A stretch of DNA of 64,000 nucleotides from Balanoglossus misakiensis (GCA_040954595.2 CM082576.2:13829129-13893128); one strand, 5' to 3'. Counted from the first letter of the stretch, positions 25,001 to 40,000 are shown. Notes: a model not told the origin generated them from the sequence alone. Program-made: numbers and translations.

Positions 25001-28000
25001 TTCTGTTCTCCAAAATTCCATATGGTGAACAGTCTAATGAGACCATTAAAACCGATATCTTATAGAGGAGTTTCTCTGAAACAATAAAACCATTATTTTG
25101 AGAGAAGTTTCTCTGAAACAGTAATACCAATTCTCTACATGTGATGTTGGCTGTTTTAGTCCTCTTTGCATGGAAATTCGAGACACGCTTTCTCAGAAGG
25201 TGATGTAAATAATAGGCCGTCAAGATTTTACATCATCATTTAGTATCTTACAATCTTCACAAAAGTATTGTGAACAGGTTTTATTCAATATTGAAAACGT
25301 CAAAAGCTGCAGTAATTCAATGTACACACGCAGTACAGTCCTTCAAAGTTTCTGTACATCAGACGATTAGCTATTGAGGTTCTGTCTGACAAGATCTTTG
25401 AAGAGCTATCACTAAAATTGAGAGCTATTGTACCATCATCAGAGCACTAGGATTGTTCAAATCTGGCCTTGTACAGTACAAAAAAACATCAGTAAAAAAC
25501 ATCCACTGATAAAAATTCCTGAATTGCTTTTGAGTGAAAGGTTTCCATGGATACAATGCCACCCGAATGTATGAAAATCCTTGAACCACAAATGAAGCAG
25601 CGCGGTGGCTGCCAAAAATTATTGAAATGTCTCTTCAGAAACCGTGACGTCACAAAGACATTGGTGACATCTAAGTTACACTCTTTCATGAGGTAGTAAC
25701 CTTCTATCAAAGATCGTTCACCTTCCCTGAACTTCGGAAGTCGAGTTTATCAATAAGAGTCACAGAAGTCATTGCCTGGGCCAAGGGTCAGTCAGTTGCC
25801 TTGCCAAAGAAGATCGCATCGCTAAAAAATTCCAATTATTTCATTTAGGGTCGCGGCAGCTGCCACTGAGAGAAAACATGAACTTGAGAAATCGTTGGTG
25901 GAAAGACGGGAATATGAAGCTGATGTGGCGGAATGCGACAAGTGGTTGCAACAAGCGGTGAAGGCCAGTAAGAAACTTGAGCAGCCAACGGGACACACAG
26001 TCGATGAGGCGCAGGAACAACTACAAAAATATCATGTGAGTTTCGTCTACAAGAATCTCCAGGATATCATTAATATTGCACACATATGCATTGTTATAAA
26101 TGTTCATAATAAAGCTAACCTTGGTTATAAAGAGACTGTACCTGGCATAATGTGGGTTTTTCGTTGTGTATCTTTCCTTTCAGTGACTGCAAAGTACTGA
26201 TTCAGAAGTAAAGCAAAACGATATCACTATCTCAAAAAGTTCGCAATGTCATTTTTTTGTAGTGCTGTGTTTTTCATTTGTGGAGTATCAAGACTTAATT
26301 ACGTCATTCACATGTACAATTGATGACCAGGGATAGAAACAACATCATCTTGCCAACATCTGAGATTTGTCTTTATAAAAACCTGATGTGTTTTCTCCTT
26401 GTTAGGACCTGCAAGCGCAAATTGCCACCCACCTTCCCGATATTGAATCCCTCAACGAGAAGAAAGCCCACATGGCCGAGACTGGACAGGCCACTTCATC
26501 CGGAGACATTCTCAGGATCAACAACACCTACGCCGACCTCAGCAAACAGCTGGAGAAGAAATGTGCGGAACTCAAGAAAGCCGTCCAGACCAGACAAGAA
26601 TTTGCAGAAGGCACTGCAGAAATCGACAACTGCTTGGAACAGTTCTATGCGGATCTCGGCAAACTGGAACAGCCTGGGGTGTCGGCTGAAGAAAAGATGA
26701 AACAATACCAGGTGGGTAGTTGTGGTGTATGAGTATTGCCTTCAGTTGCTGACTGGTCTTTGTTTCACATTGTGACTTTTGACAGACACTGATTGTCAAG
26801 TGATTGTCATATTCCATAATACACACACTTGGATATTGTCTAATTGAGGTTGAATGGCCACTAGTGAAGATTGTGTTTGGAGTTGTTAACGTCTCAGAAC
26901 TAGAACTTCTTAGAAAAAAGCTAGCCTGCCTAATGAACCGTGTTGTGTGTGTTTTTCTGGTCAAGCAGTGTGCAACACACTTGATAAAACTAAATTTTGA
27001 CATTTTTGCTCATTAATGATAAAATGCCGGGATTTGGAGAGCCATGCAGTATCAGAGAAGGGTGCTCTTTGGATTTAAAGTGTCAAGAAGAATTATCAAT
27101 ACCTTTGTGCCATTCCACAACTTCCAAGTCTGGAATAAAAAAATGCTATAAATACATAAATATGCGGACAGTGGTCAGTTCTCATGTCAATCTTTCTTCA
27201 AATAAATGTGACTTTCATGATGTGTAAATCTTAAAATTCATCTTTATTTATCACCTGATGTTGTATGGAGATATTAATGGGACTGTTTTGATGCAACCGA
27301 GCGTATTCATCAAAATCTTTGCGTGTGTTTTGAATGTCTGAGTTTTCCGTTGCTATGCGTTGCTACCGACTGGAGGCATGCTTCACATACCATCGGTGTT
27401 CGAATAAAAAATCGAGAAAAGAGGCCAGCCTTTGTTGTACCGGCAGTCTGCAAGAAATACCAAAATCAGTAACAATGCCCGATTGGTATTTCATTGCGCT
27501 TTCAAATTCCAAACATGAAAACTGCATCAAATGTATTTGCCAGTCTGTACGCGGCAAATAGTTACAGGTCCTGTGCAACAAATATTTGGCCGAGCATGAA
27601 TTTCAAAATTGAGACAGTTTTTCTTTCTCATTCAAAGTTTGAATGGTGGCGCCCAATTCTTATTCTCAGTTTATAAAGAGAATAATCTAAAGTTGCCATG
27701 AGCAAAATACGGTAAAAAGTTTAAGGCTTTGATTTTTCATCAAAGTATCACTGTCTTCAACATGACATTCTATCATGGCTTATTTATATGGATTAATGCA
27801 AGTTTGGACGAAAAATGCTGAAAAAAATGCGCCATTTGGCAGCTATAGAGGCTTTAACCACTAGTTTGATTATTTTCATCCAAGTATCACTGTCTTCAAC
27901 GTGATGCTCTATATTATCCTTTATGCCGATCATTGATAAAAAAAACTGCATTTGTCTTTAAGGTGATGGAAGAAGAATTACGTGCCAAGCTCTCATCACT

Positions 28001-31000
28001 GGGCGTGCTGGCCGGACAGGCTGGTCAAATAGGATCTGAGGGCGACAGCGCTGACAAACAGCATGTAGCCGAACAACTCAAGAAACTTCAACACAACCTA
28101 GAGGCCGCCTTGACCAAACTACAAGAGAAAGAACAGGAAAACGAGAAAACCTTGGAAGAGAAGAAGGCTGCCAGGGCTCAGGTGGCACAGGCAATGGAAT
28201 GGCTGGACGAGGCCCAGAAGTCGGCCGTCAGCGAGGAAACCATTCCATTGGATGTACACAGCTCAAAGGAGGCTCTCCAGAAACACATGGTAGGTATAAA
28301 GTGAAAATTGGATAGTGTGTCAAGTGTGCCAGTGGGTAATTCTCAAAGTCAATCTTGTCTTCTAATCTAAAAACCGCTAGGAGACTGAGAGAGATTTACA
28401 AAATTGAACTGGCATCACAAGACTAACCTGATCATGGGCATAACTCCCCACAGCAAGGTGTTATGGAGGGGGTTTGTTGAATTTTCTGAACTATAAATAG
28501 TGTCAATCGATTAAGTAAACATATTTCTACTTTTGGGCATAGTCAGGTGTATGATTGATGACAGCTTTTGCTTTGCAGTGTGCTACAGGTGTTTCAACAA
28601 CAATAAAAGTTTCCATGATTCACCCCATTAGAGCAAGCTTATTTGTGACTGTGTTTGACGGAAGAGCCCCATATCCAGTTTGAAGTGCATGTTACATTTG
28701 AATTGGCCCGGTTGTGGAGAGTACTTCAGGTTGAAGAGTATTTGTTATTTGGTTTGACGAGTGGTGTGTGGATTAAAACAAACTGAAGTGCATGGTTTAG
28801 AAAGGGGAGATAGCAACATGCCAAGTAGATTACTTTGAATGTTTTAACAATTCTTTATGTATGTACTGTGTGTATAAATTTGGTAATCCAATTAATTTTT
28901 GTGTTAAATTACTGAATGATCCAGGTAAATGTATTTTTGATTTAATGGAGAATGATAAATAGACGTGTTGGCAATGATTTAGCCATTAGCAGGTTCATTT
29001 CAAATAGAAAACTGAAATATTGGTTCATTTTGATGTCAGATTTTAGTAATATCTTTTTCTGGTGTACAGTATCCTTCAGAAAAGTAAACCAAGCCTTACA
29101 TTGAGAAAGAATGATGAAAAACAACTTTGGAAGTATTGATTGATCTTTCAGGCATTTGAAAATGACACAGAGAAGGAAATACAGCGACTGCAGCAACTGG
29201 CCGATTCCATCCGGGCCAAGTTCGCCGAGATGGGAGAGGAGATTCCCCCGGAAGTGCAGGAGCAGCTGGAGGCCATCGAGAAGCGGCAGGGAGAACTCCG
29301 GAACGCGCTGAAAGTCAAGAGGGCCGATCTGGAGGCGGCCATCGCCACCCGGGAGCACTACCAGAAAGTTGTGGAGGATGTGGGAATGTGGTTGGACAAG
29401 GCCAGTCAGAAGTTACATGAGGGTGAAGAGGGGGCCGATTACGAGAAGTTGCCGGTGCAGTTGGCTGACCACAAGGTGGGTCCTTGGTCTTTAAAGGGGC
29501 AATGTCTCTCTTTCGCTGCCCTTTTTTCCATTAATTATGTTTGATACAAGACACCGTTTATATTATTCTACGTGTGGATATACAGTGAATCACACACAAC
29601 TTCCATCCCGCTATTGACACGAGAGTGAAAAAACTGGCCAAAATGAATACCAGTAATCGGTGTTTACCATTTATTCATTTGGGCGAGATTTTTCCTCTCA
29701 TATCCTACAAACGGGATGGAAGTTGTGTGTGGTCAAACGTTGATTCACTATATATCCACATTTTGAATAACATAAACGGTGTCTTGTATCAAACATAATT
29801 AATGGAAAAGGGGCAGCCAGAGAGAGGCTTTGTCCCTTTAAGAAACGGCCCAGAAAAAGCTGCTATTGCCCTATTACGGGCGTGCGTTATATACCATTCA
29901 AGATGGTGGCTATCACTCAAGTCTGCGCAACCAAGGTCACGGGCGTCTCCATTTTCTATAGGTTCTTTCTTGTCACTTTGTGTGCGCGGCAGTTCAATAT
30001 GTCAGAGAGTGAAAGTTTAAGAGAGCGCATCAAGTGACCGAGTCATTATTTTGTCATTTGTAAAACAGACATGTCGTACATATTAAAAAGACGGGGAATA
30101 AAAGTCTGAGTAAATAAGCCATTCTTTGTGCGTGGTACGGAAAGATTTCGGTGATGTGTTTACTGTTGCCATCTGGTTAGGCACGGACAATGGGATCTAC
30201 TTCAATGCAGATTTATAGGTTCTAGTCAAGATATATGGTGTTTTGTTGGCGATTCTAAGACCCTGTGTTTGACACAGTGAAAAAAAGAGCCATTCTCATC
30301 ATGTGACTTTTGAAACCGCTGAATACAAAATTATGGGGTTCTTGTATGGTGTTTTGTAAGCAAATTAAAAACTCTTAACTGGCAGAGTGAAATGTACCGT
30401 TTTATTGCATGGTTTTCTTTGACACGTCTTTCTATGGACGGGTCAAACGTGACACCCGAGTATTAATAAAAACAACTTCTCACTGCGATTATTTTCCAGG
30501 CGTTCTTCACCCAGGAGAACGGTTGCCAGGACAGAATGGACGAGGCCGTGGAACTCGCCGCAGTGATGTCGGCCTCCCTGACGCCGGAAGAGAAGAGGGT
30601 GATGAAGGAGAAACTGAACGCGCTGAACGCGGAAATGAACAACATCCTGGCCGCCGCCGGCGAGAAGGAGGAGAAGATGCAGGGATACACGGAGAACTGG
30701 GAGACGTTCCAGGCGGAGGTGGCGTCCAGCGCGGAGGCCGTGCAGGGAATGGCCGGGAAGGCCGTCGTGGAAATGGAGCCGTCGTTGGAAGGCGCCAGGC
30801 AGGCGGAGGAGAAACACAAGGTATATGCTGCCGAGCAACCGGAAAGTTGCGAGTTTTTGTGTTTTAATGGAGAATGGATGATCATTGTCTTCCACTCGAA
30901 ATTTAGACAGCAAGGCTTTTTTTTTATCTAGATGGGGTATTGTTTAGTTGGTAAATCCAGCTGTAATTAAGACAGAGATGATCCGGCTGTAAAATATTCC

Positions 31001-34000
31001 CCCTTTATATTGATTTCCAGTATTCTAAATATTAGAGTTGGGATAGAAACCATTTTGATGTCTCCAGTTAATTCTTCTTTTTACTTTAAAGGCATGCGAT
31101 TTATTTATTTTCTTGATAGTTTTCAATGTCTGTCTGCATGTGCACCTTTTATTTACTTTTGCATGCATGGCGCATTTCGTTTTCTGTGTACCATAGCACT
31201 TTGTGGCCGAGTTGAAATCGTACGAAGACCAAGTGAGGTCGCTGGAGAGCAAAGCCCAGCAACTCAGCCTGGATGGCAATGAGGCCGGCAGGCGAGCAGT
31301 GGAGGAGAAACTGAGAGAGCTCCAACAGCCCTGGTTGGACGTCAATCTGAATGCCGGCAAACAAACCCACGTCCTGCACGAGTGCGTCCAACAGTGGCAG
31401 GTCTACCAGGAAGCCCTGGAGCAGGCCTCCGACTTTGTCGCTAGCACCGAGCAGTCCATTCCGGTCGTTACCGTAGAAACAGTGCCCAGCCAGCGGCTGT
31501 CGCAAGATCTCCATTCTGCACAGGCAATTATTGTTTTTGTTTTATGTCTTTTTATTTTGAAATTTATTTCTTTGCATAACTTTTATTTGGTGAATGATCA
31601 TTTATTTTTTCTTCAAGAAGATATGTCTGTTTCTTTTATTTGAAGTATAGAGGCACTGACCGGATTTCTGTTTCTTTTTAACTACATTTTTTTTCTGTCA
31701 TTGCAACTACAAATCTTCATTTTTTTCTCTTTTGTCTTTTGGGATGGGTACACTAGGATACCTTGCTATTCCGGATCGATTTTCGATAGTGTCTTGGTAG
31801 CAAAAACACACCCTGGTAACAAAACCATTTAAATCTTCAAAACAACATGTCTTCAATGACCCTGATTATCCCCTGGATTCCTGTGTCTAAAGTTCACTTC
31901 CAACCATTTAGATTGTTGTAATTTATGTTTTGTGAGTCAACAACAATGTCTCTTCTACTACATGTACAGCATACCATGGAAGACAATCAGATCAAGCCCA
32001 ATTGTAATGGTCGATAGAAAAGTTTTTCAATAAATAGATTAAGTTAGCTGTGGTTGTACTGTATTGCAATGGAGACACATTGATGCTTCCTCTGTCCGTC
32101 ATCAGTTGTTTAAAATTGAAACTTATCCGAGAATGGTTTTGTCCAGTGTTCAAAATCACTTTGCCCCCTTTGGAGAATAAAGATTGGAGTGAGAATAGAC
32201 TTATCTTTAAGGCACTAACCATTGTCAGAATGACGGTCTTTTCAGGTGTGAGTTCCTATAATGTTTTCATGTAATTCTTGTGGTGGATTTGTTAACATCA
32301 AGTTGTTAAGTAACAGAAGACATTTGTATTGGACTAGTCAATACTCACCTGGACTTTTTAGTGTAGATTAAACAGCACACTGAGTCCTGCCCATCAGTCA
32401 CTGTCAGATGTTCACAAAACCTACCATCTTCTTGTCAGAGTGTAGCGTGTGGTCGAGAAAGGTTGAACTTTGAAGTAATGGTTCGTTTGAAGTATTGCTT
32501 TGTACGTAGTAATTAGAATTGTCCAGTTGTGTGTGGTTGCAGCACATCACAATGATGGCACCAACTGTTTCCCATGAGATAATTGAACATGAAGCACATC
32601 GACCTTACATCGCCAGGGTAACTGATGATTTTGTTCCCGTTTTCTCTAGGTTGCTATAGAGTCAGCCCAGAGTGCTAATACGAAGTTAGAAGCCGTCCAA
32701 AAAGCTGCAGACGCACTCAAGGAGAGCGTCATGGAAACCAGGAAAGCAATGGCCGCCGCAGAGAAACCGGTGGTGGAAGATCTTCCAGTGGAGGAGGATA
32801 TCAAGAAAATGAAACTGCAAATTGAGGAGTAAGTTAGATATAATGCGCTGGAGTACAATTTTCCATTCATTAGATCTTGTCAAGTCTGTGTATGTGATAC
32901 ATGGTAATTGAAGGTATAGTCAAACCCCTGTTAGTGGCCACCCCTATATAGTGGCCACTTTTGTTACAGTCCCTGTGCAATTCACATTTGCATTAATTAA
33001 CCTCTATATTAAGGTCACCTCTCTATAAAGGCCAGTTTAGGAAAGTCCCTTGACTGGCAACTAGCACTATAGAGAGGTTTGACTGTATATGAAGTTGGTC
33101 ATTTCATGTGATAATTTTAGTAGTAGACTCCGATGACAATGTGTCTTTATCACCTTAAATGGTCATTGGTGTGTGTAAATGTGCATATTTTGATAGAGAA
33201 AATGCAAAAAGCTGTACACCAATTTTATGAAAGGAGGTGTTTATGTATTATTTTGTCATAGAAAAAAGCATTTATTAAAAACATGAGTTTCACTATTAAA
33301 CCTCAGAATGCAAGCCACAGCTGGCGATACCGAAAAAGCCATCGGAAAAGAGCTGGATGAGAGAGAGAAATTCAAGGCTGAAGTTGTTGAAGCCTTGGAT
33401 TATTTACAAAAGACAAGAGACAACGTTGATGTGATTGATGTCAGTATTGGACCCTACCCAGCCGATGTTGACAAGAAACTCACAGAGAAAAAGGTAAGAT
33501 TGGCGGTCAGTAGCAACTAGGAATTGTTATCCTTTCCATAATACTTGATTAGTACGTACATTAGGTTTTATTTGATGGTATCTAAAACAATTTTTGCACA
33601 AGATTATTTGATTGCCTTATTTTAGGTTTTGTCGTATTAATAATGTCAGAGTTAAAAGAAACTTTGATTGTGTGGTATTTCATACTGTGAAGGATTTTAT
33701 CTTCATTGGCTCTATTTTTGAATAGATAAATCTGAATATTCCAAATTCGTTTTCTAGTATATTTACGTTAAAAGAGACACGGTTAGAGTCTGCAGAAAAT
33801 TAAACTTGGAGTTCCGCTTTTAGAGAAATATCGCATCCAGTGCAAAATAATTTGAGCATTTGATTTTATCTTACCAGCAATTGGAGGAGGCACTGGCTGC
33901 CAGACTAAACGATGTGGACAAAGCAACCAAGACACAAGGCGAAAGATACTCCGCCAAGTCCGCTGTGATACCGGAAGAAATCCAGAAAGAAATCGAGAAA

Positions 34001-37000
34001 CTGCAAGCTATAGAACAAGATGTCAAGGAAAAGCTGGGTGAAAAGGAAGGAAATCTGGCACAGGCCAAGGAACTGAGGGAGCACTTTGTAGGAAATCTGG
34101 ACAGCATTGAGAAGGAACTGCAAGAAACCAAAGAGAAGATAGATGAAGACATTGTCAGTATTCCAGATGACGTTGTAGCACACAAGGTAAGTTTGGTTTG
34201 TGAATGCGTTCATGCCCACTTCGCTGCGTATAGGTCTGACTACAACTTTGAATGCGGTAGGCTTATACCCGACATGAAGTGTGGTGGTGAAAGGCAGGTG
34301 GGTGGTTAGAATTTCGCTCCTAAAAGTTTGAAATGAGTTCCTTGAATCAGTTGACTATAACGAATCTTACATCACAGATAAATCCATCTAGTGATACAAA
34401 AATTGTTGGAAAAATTAGCTTATTCCACGTTGGATACCTTGCAATCTTTGCCATCTCATATTTGAAATCCTTGATATCCTAATAAAAATTGGGATGTTTG
34501 AAGAAACAAATGACAGCCACAACCTTTTTTTTTTGTCTCTCGTGACAGGAGGTCTTCCAAGACCTGGACGAAATACAAGAAAAAGTCGACAAACTGCAGG
34601 AACAAGCCCACATGATCACCGAGCAGACGCAGAACGAAGACGAGCGACAGGCCATAGTGGCCACCATCGCCGCGCTGCAACACAAACACGCCGAACTGCA
34701 CCACAGCGCCGAGTTGAAGAACGCCAAACTGGAAGAGGGAGCCGAAACCTGGAACGAGTACCAGGAGGCCATGGAGTTTGTTGGACAGTGGATAGAAAAA
34801 GGCGCGCCGGTGGTCACCACGCAGATTGTGGCAAATACATTGGATGATGTCAAAGACCAGCTCCAAACTCATCAGGTGAGCGCAAAAAAACAGAAAGGCC
34901 TTGTTAGCAATGACCCTAGTGAACCGTTACTAAAAATAAGTGTCGTTTTGGCAATATATAATAATACTCCATGAAAAGAATAGCATACCACGCGCTTTGT
35001 TGTGAGTTTTGTACCTTGTTTACCTCGCATGTAGATTTAGAAGGAATAACAAAGGGCTTTAACAGGCCACAGGGTTCATGGAGTTTGACCTAACTTTTGT
35101 CGACGTATTGGCTGAGAGCCAAGTGTCTTCAGTAAACATGCCATCAAGACTGACAGGGTAGCAAGAAATTGACTAACTAGATAACATTGCTTTGGTTAGC
35201 GGTTGCACCATCAGATGTACAGTATGATTACTGACATACTGTAAAACATGTTATTTTCGCGAGCAATAAATGTTCGCGAAATACGCGAGAGCCAATAAAA
35301 CATGAAAATAAAAAGTCGCGTAAAAATGTTTTTCGGAGATTACAATGCAGTGAAATACGAGAACGCGAAAATTGATCCTCGCGTAACAGTTGCCTCTTTT
35401 GATATCGCGAAAAAATTTCATGTCGCGAAAATGACCTGTTTTACAGTACATCATAAACCAGGCCAACATTTCAATTAGAAATAGTTCAAATCCTTTCTTT
35501 CCTGTTGGTTGCTATCCACAGTTTCAGTACTTATCAAAACTGAGGATATGTGCAATATTGGAGGCAAAAATTCTAACAGTAAATTTCAAGGGCTTTCGTT
35601 TTCCCAAAGAAGTGCAAACACTGACGTTTTGTCGTTCGTTTGATTTTTTATGCCAGGCTGTGTTGCAAGAATCAGCGCCAGTGGAAAGCAAAGTAGCCAT
35701 GCTGAAAGCTGCAACTGAGAAGCTCGCACACATATTCACAGCGGAGGAACTGCAAGAGAAAACTGCAGACATCTCGGAACACGTCAAGAACTTGGAAAAT
35801 GTCGCCGCTCAACGAGCAAAGGTTCTAGAAGAAAAAGCCAGGAAGTGGGAGGAATGTGAGAAGGAAGTCGTTGATCTGCAAGACGGAATCGATCATCTCA
35901 AAGAGTCGCTCTTTGACCCAGGTCTTGATGAGAAAGAACTCAGAGAGCAGTTCAAGATTCACAAAGTAAGCATATTTTACTCTCAAATTATTGGCCACGT
36001 AGTTGAGAATACAGTGACTTCAGAATGAGAATAAAATGCCAAGGTCATTAGTAGTTAATTCAGACTGACTAATTAGATTGTTTTTCCTTGAAATTTGTTT
36101 TTACGTTCATTTTTAATGCCAATGAAAAAGCATTTAAATGAATACTTTATAAGTTGGCATCGTCAGATAAAATAAAGTAAGAAATAATTTCTTATGTGCA
36201 ATATACCAATATTCTGGATACCAACTACAGTCAAACCTGTGTTAGCGGCAACCTCTATATAGTGGTCACCTCTATATGATGGCCACTTTATTACAGTCAT
36301 TGCTCAATTTACGTGTGCATTAATTGACCTGTCTATAAAGGCCACCTGTCTATAAAGGCTAGTTTAGGAAAGTCCCTTGACTAACCACTACAGACAGGTT
36401 AGACTGTATTGCAGATTAAATTCACCTCATCTGAACAAAGTGTCCCTTCCTTCCCTTGACAGCAACTGACATCAGAGCTGGAAGGTTACAAAGAGAGACT
36501 TGGCACCCTTCGCGAAAAGAAGAAGGAAGTCATGGATGAAAACCAACCGGAAGATGCCATGCAACAAAAGATGGAGGAGGACATAGCCAAATTAGAAGAA
36601 GCCATCGCAGGCCACAAACACATGCTTGAAGAAGCTGTCAACAAACAGGTAAATTCTAGCCACAATAAATTTTACCAATACAAATACAGTGTGGGCATTG
36701 TTGTTATGGAAACGTCTATCTGCTGCTTTTTCTGTCTACTATGTGAAAAAAGTCTATACTTTTGTTCTGACTGACTTGTTTGTTTGTTATTGTGCACGTT
36801 TTACCACTTTTTTTATCTGGTTTCATCAAATGTCAAGTTAAGAGTCTCAAAATCTATACCTATGATCTCACTTATTTCTAATAGTTGGCTTGATATTTGT
36901 CTGTTTGATTACGTGTTGTTGTTTGCACTACATAGTGGTTATGGCGTGGTGTTCTATTTATTTGTTTATTTTGTAGTCTTTGTTCCTGCACTCTTTGTTG

Positions 37001-40000
37001 TTGTAGAGTAGTAAAATATTGTAGGCTTCAAATTTTGTGTCTTCTTTTCTGTGATAAAATTTCATTTGCAAAGATGATGATCTTGCGACATCATTTTTCT
37101 CTTCGATAAATTCATGTACATATATTTAAAGCTACATTTTCTGACTTTACAAATTCCTACCACATTCTATCTAGCAAATCTTACTGTCGGTAAATCTGTG
37201 TCTAAATTTGAACCCAATACAGTTTTCTGTACAATGTCATTGTATATCTGTGATAATGCAATCTCTTAATCTTATTCTTAAGTAATCTCTTTGTTTTCCC
37301 AATTGTCCTGCTGTACATCCACAAATTTAGTTTTCTGTTTGTTTGTTTGTTTGTTTGTTTTTCTGTTTGTTTGTTTGTTTGTTTGTTTGTTTGTCTATCT
37401 GTCTGTTTGTTTGTAACTGTTTGCATTTATGTAAACTGTGCAATCTTACATGTAAAGTCAGTCTTGCTATCCAACAACTTCTCATGTACTTATCTGTTGC
37501 TAGTTTATTAGTGACCCATATTGTGTACATATAAATATACCCTTTCCCCAAGCCATGTCACTGTCTACTTGACAATCATTCCTAGAAATGATATCTATGT
37601 CTACATGTATACCAACTCTGCTCTCTTGCCTACAATGTTTTACGAATGAAATAATCTTGTCTTTTTTCCTACAGCACAGGGAGTGTGGAGATCAAGGCTT
37701 TTTTAATTTTCCTGCTATGTATAGTTGTACACTCTAGTCTTAGTACTAAACTAGTCAACTCCTTACTCGTTGATCCACAGGATGAGTATGACTCTGAAGT
37801 AGATAGAATGACTGCCCGTATCAAAGAGATCCAGGAGATATTGAGTGCCACTCCAGTGGCACACACCAGTCTAGAAAGTCTGAAGAAACAATTAGCTGAA
37901 CATGATGTATGTTAATCTGCAGGCGTGTGGGCAAAACAAAACAAAAAACGAACGAAAAAAAGATAATCGGCTAAGTTTGATCATATCTCAAAAGTTCAAT
38001 ATAACCACATTTTCCATCCGGCTAACTGTGTGTTGTGTTGCAATTTATTTTTTATTTGCTGTGATTTGACAAAGCAGCAAAAAGGCAATATATGATTTCA
38101 TAAATGCATGGCATAATCAGAAAACGAAAAAAGCAGACTTGCATGGGACAAAATTGACTGAACATTGAAAGCAAATTTACAACTTTATTTCAATGTTTAC
38201 ATTTCTGTTATTTGAATTTATAAATGATTGTCTGATCACAGTGTACATCTCAATATTTGGAAAAATTCACAGCTCATTCATTTGCTTGCTTGCTTGCTTG
38301 TTTGGGGCTTTAAGCAGTGTGCAGTTTATATTTTTCATGTTTGGTTTGATTTTTGGTTTTGAACATCATCCCATACACTGTCCATACATCCTGACTTTCC
38401 AGACCCAAAAGCTCTGAGTGGTATTTCACTCAGCGCATGCTTTTACTTCATTGAACCACTGTTAGGTATACATTTGCTTGCAAAAAAACACTACCCTTTT
38501 TCCCAACCCTTACCCATCCCACACCATTTTTCCTCCAGCATAACATCCATGTGGTCAGCTTGAGCTTCTTGGGATATTCGGCCTGTCCTGCAGGCTCTCT
38601 AGATCATTCTCATGTTCTCTCCATCCAAGTAAATCATGTTTTGCTATATACACACCATCATTTCATGTGTTTTTTATTGGTTTGACATGCATTCATAGCA
38701 AGAATTGATCTTCAGAGTGGATGCAGAATTCAGCGTGGGTGTGTTGCGTAAAATGCCTGAATCCTATACTCTGGACTTCAATCCTTGCTGAGAATCTCTA
38801 AGAACATGCAGTGGGTACCTAATACTAATCTGTATACAACTGCTTTGATCACTCTTGTAGGCCCTGCGAGCGGAGGTACGAAGCTATGAGGACGAAATCG
38901 AGGCCATCAATGCAAAGACAGAGGAACTCTACCAACTCACGGCGGATAGGTCAGGCGCAAGGAGAGCTGCCTTTGAAAGTTTCTTTCCAGAGTTGAACGA
39001 ACCACTTTCCGAGGTGGCATACCAGACGCGGGTGGCTCCCATTGTAGCCAGCGAGCAGGAGCAACAGTTGGAAGACCATCCGCGGACGCAGACCGTCTTT
39101 GTCCAAGATCCCAACACTAAAAAAATATCCAGGGTTGTCCCCGGGGACGACAAAGAAGGAGTCATGGTTCATGAAGAATTCGTCCGAGGAACGATGGTCG
39201 TCAGGAAAGCATATCCAGAGGACGCAGGAGAAGGTATCACAGGATATGAAGACGATTTACTTGCATTGGGTAAGGATGCACTTGATACTGGCAAGGCGGA
39301 ACGGAAATTACATCCGGAGGAATTTGTCAAAGCGGACACTCGCGGACCAACGACGGCGGTGGAAGGCGGTGTAATATCTAAAGATAAGGTGAAGTTGACA
39401 GAAGAAGGTTGGAGTGAGGAGGATCTCCTTGCCCTGGGCAGAGACAGACCTGACAAGAGTACAGGAGTTCTGATGGAGCACCCAGCATATCAGACAGCCA
39501 CAAAAGGATTTTCTGTTGGAACAACGGCAGGAGTACAACATCAGCAGCCACTTGAACACGGTGTTGGATCGATGAGGCTTGAGCCATCTTCTATACCAGA
39601 AGGTATGACAGCTGCCGAATGGAGGCAACACCCATCTTATGTTCAACAGGGTGTGATACCAGAGGGTATGACAGCTGAAGAATGGAGACAACACCCATCT
39701 TATGTTCAACAGGGTGTGATACCAGAGGGTATGACAGCTGAAGAATGGAGACAACACCCATCTTATGTTCAACAGGGTGTGATACCAGAGGGTATGACAG
39801 CTGAAGAATGGAGACAACACCCATCTTATGTTCAACAGGGTGTGATACCAGAGGGTATGACAGCTGAAGAATGGAGACAACACCCATCTTATGTTCAACA
39901 GGGTGTGATACCAGAGGGTATGACAGCTGAAGAATGGAGACAACACCCATCTTATGTTCAACAGGGTGTGATACCAGAGGGTATGACAGCTGAAGAATGG

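Noticed and set aside
27731-27912. About 40-nt imperfect direct repeat (TTTTCATC.AAGTATCACTGTCTTCAAC)
   Set aside because: Real but looks like an ordinary local duplication; no defined element ends.
37655-37780. Strong acceptor-like site (ttttttcctacag at 37674)
   Set aside because: Out of frame with exon 33 and no suitable GT donor.
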